Source: the human T2T-CHM13v2.0 reference genome, Homo sapiens | Assembly: GCF_009914755.1 (NCBI RefSeq) | Contig: NC_060931.1 | Direction: 5' to 3' (one strand) | DNA: 64,000 nucleotides | Shown: piece by piece, positions 8,812-61,421 of the stretch | Position numbering within the stretch: the stretch's first letter is position 1 | How the letters are laid out: the number at the start of each line of letters is the position of its first letter | Made by a program: the position numbers and the translations under genes | The notes under the pieces: model-generated | What the model was told of the DNA's origin: nothing | The model's input: the letters and a program-made list of their open reading frames with translations, nothing else | Databases searched by the model: none

Positions 8812-11540
8812 TCAGATGTCGGCCTCCAGCAGGTACTGTTCAGTATAACCCTTCACCAGCTCCAGTCCCAGCCCGACCTGGCAGAAGTCAGCCAGCTGTG
8901 ACCACAGCTGGGGCTCCAGGAAGAGCTGGCACATGACGTTGAGGCCAACGAGGCGCGGGGCCTGGCGCTGCAGGTGCCACAGCAGCTGGCTCTGCACCTG
9001 CGCGCCGTCGCTACCGAAGGCGTCGATGTTGAGATAGCGCCAAGTGCCGTCCCCTCCGTGCGGGATGGGGAAGGGGCGCGTGCACAGCGTGAGCACGCGC
9101 GGGCGCGCGCGGCTGTCCACGCGCCACTCCAGGCCCTTGGCCGCCAGCAGGCGCAGGTTGCTTTCGCTAGGCCGGTAGGGCTGCCAGTCCTGGATGATGG
9201 TCCCGCCTGGAAGCACGTCGCGCTGCACGGAGGGTGACAGCAGGAGGCGTGCCACGTCGCCGCCTGCTTCGGACACGGCCTCGGTGGGCAGCGGCGAGAA
9301 GGTGCCAGAGGTCCGCAGCGCCGCCAGCCGCGCGCCCAGCCCGGCCAGCAGCGCGGACGCGTTGAATCGGACCAAAAGGATGCCCTGCGGGGGGCACGAG
9401 TGAGCGCGGGGAGGGGGGGCGCAGCAGGGCTGGCGAGCCCGGCGCCTCTCGGCAGGCATCTTCACTCCCACGTTCACGCCCACGGGCTCCCACCTGGGTC
9501 CCTCTGGAGGAGCGACCGTGAGGGCTCCGGGCCGAGTGGAGTATGGGAAAGCCTGGGTTTCAAGGGTACCAGACAGGGACCAGGGGCACGGGCTCCCAGT
9601 ACGTGGATCCCCAAGAAGAGGTGGGATCAGTATGGAGTAGCCAGGGAACTGAGGGTACGGGTCCCCGGGTCTCCAGGGACGTGAAAGCCAGGGAGGCCGA
9701 TCAGTCAGTAGGATTGGGAGGAGCAGAGGGAGGACAAAGGCTCAGAGGAGATGGCTTGGGGCCCTGAACAGAGGCAGGATCCTAGGGGAGGCAGGGTCCC
9801 CGAAGTTGGGAAGTAAGGACTAGGGTTTCAGGCTGGGAGTCGGGAGTTTGACTTCCCCTGGGTCAAAGGGTCTGGTAAGGACTGGGAGTCCCAGGGCAAG
9901 GCTCATGGGCCGCGCCACTCGGTAAAGCCCAGAGAGAGAGCAAGCCCGTGTTCTGCTGGGGGTGGGGAGGGTCTCCCCGTATGCCCCAGCAGAGAGGCCC
10001 AGCCATCCGAGCTCCCTGTCCTTCTCACCTGCTTGGTGATTAGGCGGTATTTCTTCAGCTCCCGGGGGCCCAGCTGGTCGTCCCGGGTGAGCCGTGCCAC
10101 CTTGACCCCCGGGTGCTGTCTCTTGACCAGCTGCGAGCAGAAGCGCTGCAGCAGCCCGGCCACGCCCTTCCCGCGCTCCCAGGGCGCCACGCGCAGCCCC
10201 TCCACCAGCACCGTCTCCCCGGCGTCGATCACGTTCACCGACTCCAGCGCGATCTGCGGACCGAGGCCGTTAGCGCGGGGCCCTCCCCGCCTGCGCCCCT
10301 GCCAGGGCTGTCGGTTCACTGGGCTCTCCTCTTCCCACACGCTGAGCACTCCGCGTCACCACCCGGGCACCAGGCCAGGCCTGGGGTGGCACGGCACTTG
10401 GGCCTCAGATTACAGAGCCGGCAGAACAGTCATTCGCCGGGGCTTCGTCCACCTTTTTATTTTTATTTATTTTAAATTTAGGACAGGGTCTCCTCACCCA
10501 GGCTGGAGCGCAGTGGTGCGATCACAGCTCACTGCAGCCTCAAACTCCTGGGCTCAAGCGATCCCCTACACCCCCAAGACTTCCTAGTAGCTGGGACAAC
10601 AGGCACGCACCCCTACTCTCGGCTTTTTATTTATTTTTATTTTTTGGAGACAGGGGTCTCGCATGTTGCCCAGGCTGGTCTGGAACTCCTAGCCTCAAGT
10701 GATCCTCCTGCCTCGGCCTCCCAAAGAGCTGGGGTTACAGGAGTTAGCCGACGCGCCCGGCCCCTTCCACCTCTTGAGATGCTCCAGCTCCGAGTGTGTC
10801 AAGTTCCGGACCGCTCACCACGCCCCTTCCTTGGCTCCTCCCCCGGGAGTTTGCCACGCCCCACTTCCTCTTAGCTCCTCCCCCAGCCCAAATCTAAGCT
10901 CTTCCTGCTCCCACCCCTAGCCTACCCTCTCTCTCCTGCTCCCCACCTCCTTTGCTTTTACCCCCAGAAATTCCTCCGGTGGATCCTCGAACTTTCAAAC
11001 GCTCACCTGTCCCTCTGGTTCCTCTGCTTTAGGAGTCCTCCACCCCACCCTCACTGACATAGCCCCTGGATCCGCACTGCACGCCCTGCACTTTGGTCCC
11101 AAAGCAGGCTCTATTTCCTCAGCCTCCGGAGGAAGGCTGGGGAGAAGCTCTCATCCTCCTCTTCCTAAGATCCACGCACCCGCAGGTGGCTTCACCCCAT
11201 GTCACCTGGGCCGTGCCCCCGGGCTCACCACGCCTCCGTTGCGCTTGGCCAGCACCACCGTGCGGTCGGGGTCCCGGAGCCAGCTGTGGTAGCGGCTAGG
11301 AAGGTAGTCCAGGCCGCCGTAGATGCCCCCCGAGATGGCCAGCACTTCCTCAAACTCCCGTTCCGTGGCCACCACGAAGTCCAATGGCTCGGCCTCAGCC
11401 TCAGGCCCCGATCCCGACCTGGGCTCGGCCTCCACCTCCTGTGGCCGGGTTTCAGAGCTTGGCTCTGCATCTCGGGCAGTCTTCTTTTCCGGCTTAGGGA
11501 CCTCTGAGGTGGCTGTGCCACAGCTGGCTTCCAGCTTCAT
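8812..11540 (-). CDS. NAT16: N-acetyltransferase 16 (GNAT family; histidine N-acetyltransferase), 369 aa
   Basis: Coding exons 11540-11229 ([20 protein letters not shown]...NGGV), 10253-10029 ([32 protein letters not shown], acetyl-CoA motif A RGKG) and 9384-8812 ([10 protein letters not shown]...LEADI*). All junctions are GT-AG, phase 0; 104+75+190 = 369 codons. Confidence 0.96.
10455..10762 (-). mobile_element. Alu (AluJ-like) in NAT16 intron 2
   Basis: T-rich tail followed by antisense Alu consensus ending cccggcc. Confidence 0.9.
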
Positions 11541-11562
11541 GACCCTGCAGAAGAAAAGAGAA

Positions 11563-11583
11563 TTCAGCACCTGGATCAGCCCC
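11563..11583 (+). promoter_or_regulatory. RE1/NRSE-like element in NAT16 intron 1
   Basis: TTCAGCACCTGGATCAGCCCC: perfect left half, degenerate right half, canonical spacing. Confidence 0.5.
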
Positions 11584-11664
11584 TTTGTTTCCACATCTGG
11601 GCCCCTGCACACAAACGGTCCTAATGCCCCTTCCTACACAAATACCCTTTCTTTTTCTTTTCTT

Positions 11665-15661
<3,997 letters not shown>

Positions 15662-16789
15662 ATAACATTTCTCTCTTCATGTCTATCCCCACATCCTTGG
15701 GGACATTCTTTAAATCTCATAAATATGAATGATCTCTTTGGGGAGGGGGTGATCAGAGTCATAGCTGGGCATGATCGGAGTCAGAGCTGGGAATGCCGGG
15801 AGCCCACCCACCCGCACCCCACTCCCACCACACCCCACACACCTGAAATATCGATGCCCTTGAGGCCGATGGCTTCTTGACACTGGGGGAGGGAGGAGAG
15901 GGAGGGAAGGGAGAGCCCAGTCGCCGGAGAGGCGGAGACAAAGAAGGCAGCTGCACAAAGCGCCCAAAGATGAGAGCGAAAAGGACGGGAATGGAGGCAG
16001 AGAGCAGACAAAAGCGGACAGGAGATGCGGCCGCAGGGGACAGGCAGGGAAGCGGGAGGAGGCTTCGACACCGAATCACAGACATGACACCTCGTGACTC
16101 TGGGCCCAGCAGATGAAAAAAAAAAAAAATCCTAGCACGCACCCCCTCCCCTGGGACACTGTAAATAGAAAGCAGCGTGACACACCCCCTTCGCCCCGGG
16201 GTATGGGGGGCGGGGATCCGTGGAGGGGAAGGGGTCAAGGGGAAAAGAAAGTCAGAAAAAAGGCCGTAAGAGAACAACCTTGGAAACAGAGACGGGGAGA
16301 GGCGATGAAGTGGGGGCGGGAGAGAAGGCCTAGGGGGTGGGCAGAGGCAGGGGCCGAGGAAGATGGCCCAGCCAAAGGGGGTGGGGGGAGGGCCCCAGAG
16401 GGCCACAGTAGTGGAGAAGGGGGGGCTGTCCTGCAGGGTCTTCCCGAGTGAGGGTCTTCCCTCTGCCTCTACCCCGGATTGGGGGCTTGGGCTTGGGGGA
16501 GAGGGAGATTGCAAAGGGAGCGATCTGCTTGGCGGGGGTTCCCCTGGGCGCCGGACCCTGGGGACAGGTGGGAGCGACATGGCAACAGAGGGGGGCGGGG
16601 GAGCGCTTCTGGACACCTGAAGCGCAGCCTCTGACTCAGTTTTCTGGGTCTTCGGACTGGGAGGGGCTGGGCAGAAGGGGGCGCAGCCGCTTGGTCCCCC
16701 TGAGGGGCGGTGGCCTTCTGCTGCCCCATTCTGCGGTGGAGGAGCACGCTAGCCCCCTCCCCAGTCCCCAGGCCCGGCCGCCCCCCTAC

Positions 16790-17030
16790 CTCGCCGGAGC
16801 CGGAGCTGGAGCCAGGGCCGAGATGCCGCAAAGCCAAGCGGGGCGGGCGGCGGGCGCGGACACCCCCGGTGCCAAGAGAGAGGTCCCTTTGGAGCCCCCA
16901 AGAGTCAAAGGAGGATGACGCGCGGGGACTCGGCCGCGCTGTCGGAGCCCGACTCTAACGTCGGTCAGCGCTGGGGCAGCGCCGCAGCTCCGTTGGCGAC
17001 GCGGGCCGGGGCGCCCATCGGTTCAGGGGT
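16790..17030 (-). other. NAT16: NAT16 non-coding exon 1 within a CpG island (~16600-17250)
   Basis: Donor GAG|GTAGGG at 16790/16789 in a CpG-dense island; would splice to the acceptor ctgcag|GGTC at 11544, four nt before the ATG. The 5' end is approximate. Confidence 0.7.
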
Positions 17031-17869
17031 TCGGGTGGCACGCGTGGCTCCCCCGGCGACGCTCCGGCGGCAGCTTCGAGGGGCGGAGACCCCGGCGACG
17101 CGGAAGAAACCCGGGACGGATCCGGAGCGGACTCGTGCCCTGCTGGCGGGGCCGGGGGTCGGGGTGCGCCCTGGGCAGCTGGGTGGCCTCAAGCCCTACT
17201 GGCGAGACTCCGCCCTGTGTCCCGGCTGGGGAGTGGGACTGAGGATGGTGGTGTCTCGGGTTTTGGTGGTGGTGATGCTGGTGTTGCTGGCTTAGTTATC
17301 TCCCCACCCCACGCCCAGCACCTCCGTTCTCTGTCCGGGGGTCCCCCACTGCCCTGAAGTACCCCTCCTCCAGGAGCCACCCCTCAATGGAATCTCCTCT
17401 CTCCATTATAAGAGCGGCTGGGAAGGGGACTCCGAGCCTTCGTCCCCGGAAACTGATAGAGGGAATCAGAAACCCTAGAACACCGGGAAGGCGAAGAGAC
17501 ATCAAGAGACAGAAGTTGAAAGGCTGAAAAGGGCAGAGGGAGGCCAAGATCTCTCCATCTTCTCACCACTGCGTGGGTGCCTGAGCACCCTGGTTCCCCG
17601 GGTGCACAAGGCCCCTAAATCCACAATGTACCCCACGGGACAGCAGGCAGAAAGACCTCCAGGTACACAGCGCACACCCAGGCACATTCACACAGACCTC
17701 TGCACTCAGGAGGCGCTGCACCCCACGCTGATCCTGGTGGCTGGGGAGGAAGAGGGAAGTGTGGAGCTGGGACCCGGGTGGGTGCAGCGCTGCCCCTGCT
17801 CTAATAAGGCGGTGGCCCAGGCTCTTAACTCCTACAAGGTTCTCCATCCCACCTATAAAGTGAGCTCAA

Positions 17870-18719
<850 letters not shown>

Positions 18720-19814
18720 GATGCAGGGAATAATGTTAAGGCCTTTCAAGGTCTGCTGGAGTCCTCTCTCCAGGGGCCGCCCAGCTCTCATGCTCCCCCT
18801 ACCCTCTCCCCCACCCCAAAATTCATAGTTCACCCATCTTATTCCATTTTTTCTTTCTTTACTTTCCGAGGTGATAACTTCATAATCAGGCAAACTGATC
18901 CCATTGGATGTGCCAATGCAATAAGAAGGAAGGTCATGTTCCTGGAATCCCACATACAGGAATTCCAACCGAGGGTTAAAGGGCTAAACAGGAATAACAC
19001 CAAGGGTTAAAGGGATGAGAATCCCGACTTCTAGGCTGAGGCAGGGCAAAATGCAACTGACAAGTTACTCAACATTTTTTAATAGGACTTCCCCCCATTT
19101 CTGATCTCTGAAAGTGCTAACACACTGTGCGTCTCACCAAACTGCAGATTGCAGTTAAGGTGCCATATGCTTCATGATGGGAAAGAACTTCAAAAAGTTA
19201 CAGGTTTCAAGGAAAAAATCACTAGTGGCCAAAGGGAGAGACCATCATATGCTAATCCCGCCCCTTTCGCCAGAAGCCACACCTTCCACCAACAGAAACT
19301 CTTGGATTGGCCCAACCCTCACACACTTCCAGTTCCATCAGCCATTCAGAATTAAAAGTTTACCAACGTTTCGGCCCCTCCCCTTAAGTCCAAGCCACTC
19401 AGAAGCAAGTTGTCACTGTAAGTCCCGCCTCCAAACAGCTCACTGGGCCAATGGAAAGCCATCTTGTTCCAGGCTTCATTCTCACACATCTAGGAGAGCC
19501 GGTTTTCCTCTCAGCTAGAGAACAAGTGGCTTTCAGCTGCCTGAGTGCTCAGAGGTTGCAGGGAGGCGGCCTATTCTGGGATGGAGGAGAGATCTGGCTG
19601 AGAGGAGACAGCCCTGGCGTGGCTGGCCTAGGTTCCAGGATTACCCTCTACCCAGTAGAGTGGTGGTGATGTGGGGTGAACCACTGAACCACCCAATGTT
19701 TACTAAGCACTGTAGCTTAATCTCCATAACGCTGTAGGGGAGGGCGGATTGTTTAGCCATTTTACAGAAGAGCAAAGTATATTCTGAGAAGGCTATGGAC
19801 CAGATCCCATAGGA

Positions 19815-28283
<8,469 letters not shown>

Positions 28284-28284
28284 G

Positions 28285-28567
<283 letters not shown>

Positions 28568-28990
28568 TAGCTCGGATTACAGGCATGCACCACCACGCCC
28601 GGCTAATTCTGTATTTTTAGTAGAGACAGGGTTTTGCCATGTTGGTCAGCCTCTTCACTCTTGTTGGCTGGGCACGGTAGCTCACTCTTGTAATCCCAGC
28701 GCTTTGGGAGGCCAAGGCAGGTAGATCGCTTGAGGCCAGGAATTAGAGACCAGCCTGGCCAACATGGTGAAACCCCATCTCCACAAAAAATACCAAAATT
28801 ATCTGGGTGTGGTGGCACATCCCTGTAGTCCCAGCTACTCGGGAGGCTGAGAGGCTGAGGCAGGAGAATTGCTTGAACCCAGGAGGTGGAGGTTGCCGTG
28901 AGCCGAGATTGTGCCACTGCACTCCAGCCTGGGCAACAGAGCCAGACTCCGTCTTAAAAAAAAAGAACCCATGGATTGAAACATGTTTAA

Positions 28991-29248
<258 letters not shown>

Positions 29249-29548
29249 TGATCCGCCTGCCTTGGCCTCCCAAAGTGCTGGGATTACAGGTGTGAGCCAT
29301 CGCGCCCAGCCTGCTGTTGCCTTTCTTACTGATGCTCAAGTTATTTAATTTTTGGATAAATTGCTGTTTTAAAGCAATACAGAGGGCCAGGTGCGGTGGC
29401 TCACACCTGTAATCCCAGCACTTTAGGAGGCCGAGGTGGGATGATCACTCCAGCCCAGGAGTTCAAGACCAGCCTGGGCAACATGGTAGAACCACTGCGC
29501 TCCAGCCTGGGTGACAAAGCTAGATCCTGTGTCAAAAAAACAAAATAA

Positions 29549-29902
<354 letters not shown>

Positions 29903-30133
29903 TAAACTGAGTCTTGAAACTCCCCTTCCAGATAAGAGGTGCTGGGTCCCTCAGGTGGGAAGGGACAGCCTGAGTAAAGCCCAGGGCTGAAACACAGCCT
30001 GGTTTGCAAGAACAAGCAGTTCTGGGTCGTCTGCCCTGGGTGGGGCTGCACCTTGGACCCAGCCTGTAGGCAGAGGCTGGCTAGCCCCCGAGGACTTCAA
30101 GCAAGAGAGGGACAGATTTGCCTTCGTGTAGAG

Positions 30134-30151
30134 ACCGCCCTCTGGTGGCCA
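30134..30151 (-). promoter_or_regulatory. CTCF binding motif
   Basis: Minus strand TGGCCACCAGAGGGCGGT, a near-perfect match to TGGCCACCAGRKGGCR, in a non-repeat island. Confidence 0.7.
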
Positions 30152-30320
30152 CATGGAGGATGGCAGGAGAGAATGGCGCCGAAAGAAAAGCGGCAGGCTG
30201 AGCTCATAAAGCTGCGAATGCTGTTCCTTCTTCCTCTTTTTCAAAAGACGGATTTTGGGCCGGGCTTGGTGGCTCACGCCTGTAACCCCAGCACTTTGGG
30301 AGGCCGAGGCGAGCGGATCA

Positions 30321-30632
<312 letters not shown>

Positions 30633-31328
30633 TCAGCCTGTAACTCCTGGCCTCAAGCGATCCTCCCACCTTGGCTTCTCAAACTCTGGGATGACAGATG
30701 CATACTACCATACCCCGCCCATCCCCAGTGTCTGGAAAATGTGCCCACTGGAGAAATCTATTGGCCGGATTGTGACTGGTTGGATGCTCCCACGGCAGGA
30801 AAGAGGGAAGGACAAGTGGCCACGTCGAGGCCTGCCTGAACTCCAAGGGTATCCAGGCCGAGGTTGCTCAAACCCAGAGCTGATTTATTTTTATTTTTAT
30901 TTGTTTTTATTTTTTGACACAGTCTTACTCTGTCGCCCAGGCTGGAGTGCAGCGGTGCAATCTCGGCTCACTGCAACCTCCGCCTCCGGGTTCAAGCGAT
31001 TCTCCTGCCTCAATCTCTGGAGTAGTTGGGATTACAGACACCTGCCACTACGCCCAGCTAATTTTTGTATTTTTGGTAGAGACGGGGTTCACTATGTTGG
31101 CCAGGCTGGTCTTGAACTCCTGGTCTTAGGTGATCCTCCTGCCTCGGCCTCCTAAAGTGCTGGGCTTACAGGCATGAGCCACCATGCCTGGCCTGAACGA
31201 AACATTTCTATGCTCCAACTTAAAATGAATGTAGAACTTATTATCTGAGAATGACCCAGGGAAGTCATGGGACTGCCCATATTTTCATGCAATAAAGGGA
31301 AAATTCTTCCCACAAATAAATTTTATAG

Positions 31329-31863
<535 letters not shown>

Positions 31864-32480
31864 TGATGGTCTTGATCTCTTGACCTCGTGATCCACCTGC
31901 CTCAGCCTCCCAAAGTGCTGGGATTATAGGTGTGAGCCACAGCAGCCGGCCATAGGACATAAGCTTTTTTTTTTTTTTTTTTTTTTGAGACGGAGTCTGG
32001 CTCTGTCTCCCATGTTGGAGTGCAGTGGCACAATCTCGGTTCACTGCAAGCTCCGCCTCACGGGTTCACGCCATTCTCCTGCCTCAACCTCTCAGTAGCT
32101 GGGACTACAGGCGCCCGCCACCATGCCTGGTTAAGTTTTTGTATTTTTAGTAGAGACGGGGTTTCACCTTGTTAGCCAGGATGGTCTCGATCTCCTGACC
32201 TCGTGATCCGCCCGCCTCAGCCTCCCAAAGTGCTGGGATTACAGGCGTGAGCCACCGCGCCCAGCCTCAGCTGTGTTCTTAACTCTATTTTTCCTTCACT
32301 GGGGATGGTACCATTTCCCCGTCCTGTTAAGTGCCCTTGACTGCTCTTACCTTTAGCTCTTGGAATTCCGCCATCTACCCTAACTTCACCTCCATCTAAA
32401 TCCTGCTCACTCTTCAAAGCCTGCCTCTCCACGCATCCTCCCTCCTAACTCCATCCCAATGCCCAACAGCTCTTTGCTAA

Positions 32481-33190
<710 letters not shown>

Positions 33191-33328
33191 TAATTTTTGT
33201 AGAAATGAAGTCTCACTGTGTTGCCCAGGCTGGTCTTCAACTCCTGGGCTCAAACGATCCTCCCACCTTGGCCTCCCAAAGTGCTGGGATTACAGGCATG
33301 AGGCACTGCGCTGGGCCCAGAACTACCT

Positions 33329-33334
33329 TTTATT
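33329..33334 (-). terminator. MOGAT3: Proximal MOGAT3 poly(A) signal
   Basis: TTTATT on + about 77 nt past the stop codon. Confidence 0.6.
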
Positions 33335-33410
33335 GGAGGCATGGAGTCCACAGTGGGTGGAGGTCTCAGTGCCTTGGGCTCAGGGGCTCAGCGAAAGGCC
33401 GCGGCCAGGC

Positions 33411-38317
<4,907 letters not shown>

Positions 38318-38488
38318 TGCAGAAGCTCCCCTCTTCCAGCAGGATCCCAGAACCCGGAGGACAAACGATGAAGGCTTGGATGTGGACCTGGGCAGACTTT
38401 CTCCCTACAGGAGCCCAGCTTTGGGGGCCTGGCTAAGTCGCAAATCACCTCCCAGAGTAGCGTGTGTCCGTAGGTGTGTGAGTGGGGA

Positions 38489-39093
<605 letters not shown>

Positions 39094-39224
39094 TGATGGC
39101 CAGGCTGGTCTCGAACTCCTGACCTCAAGTGATCCACCCGCCTCGGCCTCCCAAAGTGCTGGAATCACAGGCGTGAGCCACCGTGCCCTGCCGCCAGTCT
39201 TTAATTTCACTTCCCCACCTGCAG

Positions 39225-41035
39225 TCACCCAGCGGACAGGCGAGGCCAGGCGGTGGGGCGCGCCTCCGTGAGGACCAGGTGTCTGTCGGCGGGGACACCA
39301 TAGCGCGCCTGGTGCTCCTCGAAGAGCTGCGTGAGTCGCCCCACGTAGCGCGCTTGCAGCGTGTCCACCTGGGCCGGACTGGGCGGGGGGCTCTGCTGCA
39401 CGGGAATCGCCGACCCCACTGCGGGCGGGACGGGAGGCGATCTGGGCTGGGATCCCCGGTTCTCCTCCTCTTTTCCTCCTTGGGGATAGGCGGGAACAGA
39501 GTTCAGGGCTGGCGCGGTGGCCAAAGGCCAGTCTGGGTGGCCCCAACCCGGGACGGGGAGGGAGCGGGCCCTGGGCCAGGATCGCGGGGCGGAGGCCGGG
39601 GCTCACCTACGGTGCGGATGGGCGCGCGGAAGGGCAGCGGGAGGCCCCGGCGGCCCAGGAACAGCTGCAGGGCCACGCTTAGCAGCGGACGCAGAGCCTC
39701 CTGCGTCCTCTGCACCCACGAGCTCTGCGGGTTCGGGAACTGCTGGAAGAGCTCATTCTCCCTGGAGAAGACAGGCACTAGGGAGGCCGCAGGAGAGCAT
39801 GGCGCGGCTGACTCCTGGCCCCGGGGTCCGCGGGTGGCGCCACTCTCCTCCTCCCCGGCCCGGCAGCCCTGGGGCGTCCCCACCGGGTCACGCTCGGGTC
39901 CTCACCCGAGTTCCAGAGCTGACTTAACCAATCTCTTCTGATTCCGAATCGGCAAGCTCAGTTGTCCGGGTTTTGCCTCCAGCGCCTGCAGGGGCCCTCC
40001 CACGCCAGGACAGCCACCTGGCCACCACTGAGGCAGCGGGGCCTTGACAAAGGAGACCAAACCTGGGGGGAGGGCAGAAGCTGGGGGACCCAACGCCTGG
40101 GTCTTATTTACTTATTTATTTAGGGACGGAGTCTTGCTCTGTTGCCCAGGCTGGAGTACAGTGGCCTGATCTTGGTTCACTGCATCCTTGACCTTCAGGG
40201 CTCAAGTGACCCTCCCACCTCAAGCCTCCCAGTAGCTGGGACCACAGGTGTGTACCACCACACCTGGCTAAATTTTTGTTTTTGTTTTTTCTTGTGTAGA
40301 GATGGGGTTTCACTGTGTTGCCCAGGCTGGTCTTGAACTCCTGGCCTTAAGCGATCCTCTCGCCTGCGCCTCCCAAGTGCTGGGATTACAGGTGTGAACC
40401 ACCGCACCCAGCCAAAGCCTGGGACTTGGAAAGAAGAGTGGAGAGGACATGGGGAAAGGAGAGCTGGGCCCCAGTGTCCCCTGGGAAGAGGATGGTGGGG
40501 CGGGAGACAGCAGCAAGGTCCTCCTCTTCTCACCACCTGACATGATGTAGTCCTGGAAGAAGAGGAGATGGAACCAACAAGGCAGCATGAGCAGGTGTGG
40601 CGGGAGTTTGGGGAAGAGGCAGGAGCAGCCCGTGGGCTCTGTGCAGAAGTTGGCGAAGGCTCCCACGACCAGGACCCTGTGAGGGTGGAAGTCAAAGAGG
40701 TAGTTCCAGGAGGTGCCCAACTTTGCAGTTTTAACTAGCTGGGGAGCAGACGGGCGCACCCCACCCCAACGGTGAGATTGCACTTTGGGAGATGGTGGTC
40801 CCAAGAGTCTATTCTGAAGCCCCAACCGCACCCAGCACCCCACAGCCCAGGTCCTCACTGAGAGGGGGAAGTAGTCACAGAAATGTCTCAAACTGCCCAG
40901 TTGCAAACCCAGGCAGATCTGCGGGCTCCAGCCCTGGGTATGTTTCTATCCCAATAGAGCCAGACCAGGTAGAGGACCGCCAGCATCCAAGCCCAGCCGA
41001 GGAATGCAAGAGCCAGGCTGCCAGGTGCACCTGGG
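39225..41035 (-). pseudogene. DGAT2L7P: Unprocessed DGAT2/MOGAT-family pseudogene
   Basis: Exon remnants 41035-40859, 40738-40534, 40062-39906, ~39788/39761-39607 and 39418-39225 are homologous to MOGAT exons ([40 protein letters not shown]). Lesions: frameshift/TGA at 40888-40890, HPHG to HPHR, GGxxE to GGPLQ, lost acceptor, no exon 1. Confidence 0.92.
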
Positions 41036-41073
41036 CTGGAAGATGGGGCAGGGGGAGCTCACAGTACAGGTGT

Positions 41074-43248
<2,175 letters not shown>

Positions 43249-43459
43249 CCCTCTCACACACTGTCTCCAGCTCAGGCAATACAGGGGAAGGGGAAAGTGG
43301 GAGCCAGGGAAGCTCCCAGGTTCCCACGAGGGTCTAACATTCTGCCTCTCCCTTTTCCTCTTGTCTTCGCTTTTCTGGGTCTCTCCCCTCTACGCTGCTG
43401 GCAGGAGGGGAGATGGGGTTAATGGGCAGACCAATGGACTCAAGACTTACAAACTGTCC

Positions 43460-43465
43460 TTTATT
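43460..43465 (-). terminator. PLOD3: PLOD3 polyadenylation signal
   Basis: TTTATT on + about 280 nt after the stop codon. Confidence 0.8.
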
Positions 43466-43743
43466 CAGAGTGAGACTGCGGAACATTAATAATTTATCAC
43501 GCGGGGAGTCCCCAGAAGCCCTGTGCCCACGAACCCCTGTGGGCGGAGGAGAGAGGCGGGGACTCCGGGAGCTTCCTGAGAGGGCCGTGTCTTGGGAGCA
43601 AGGTGACATATTCAGTTCAGGCACGCGGAACATGAACTCAGGAAGTGGGGAGACAGAGAGACCCATCCCCCAACTCCCAGGACGGGGGCCAGGCCCCCTA
43701 AAAAGGCACAATGGCAGGGCAGGTTTGGCAGAGTGGTTGAGTG

Positions 43744-61421
<17,678 letters not shown>

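Noticed and set aside
15759-16616. 285-aa Pro/Ser-rich minus-strand ORF in NAT16 intron 1
   Set aside because: Low-complexity product of a G-rich tract with no recognisable domain or splice context.
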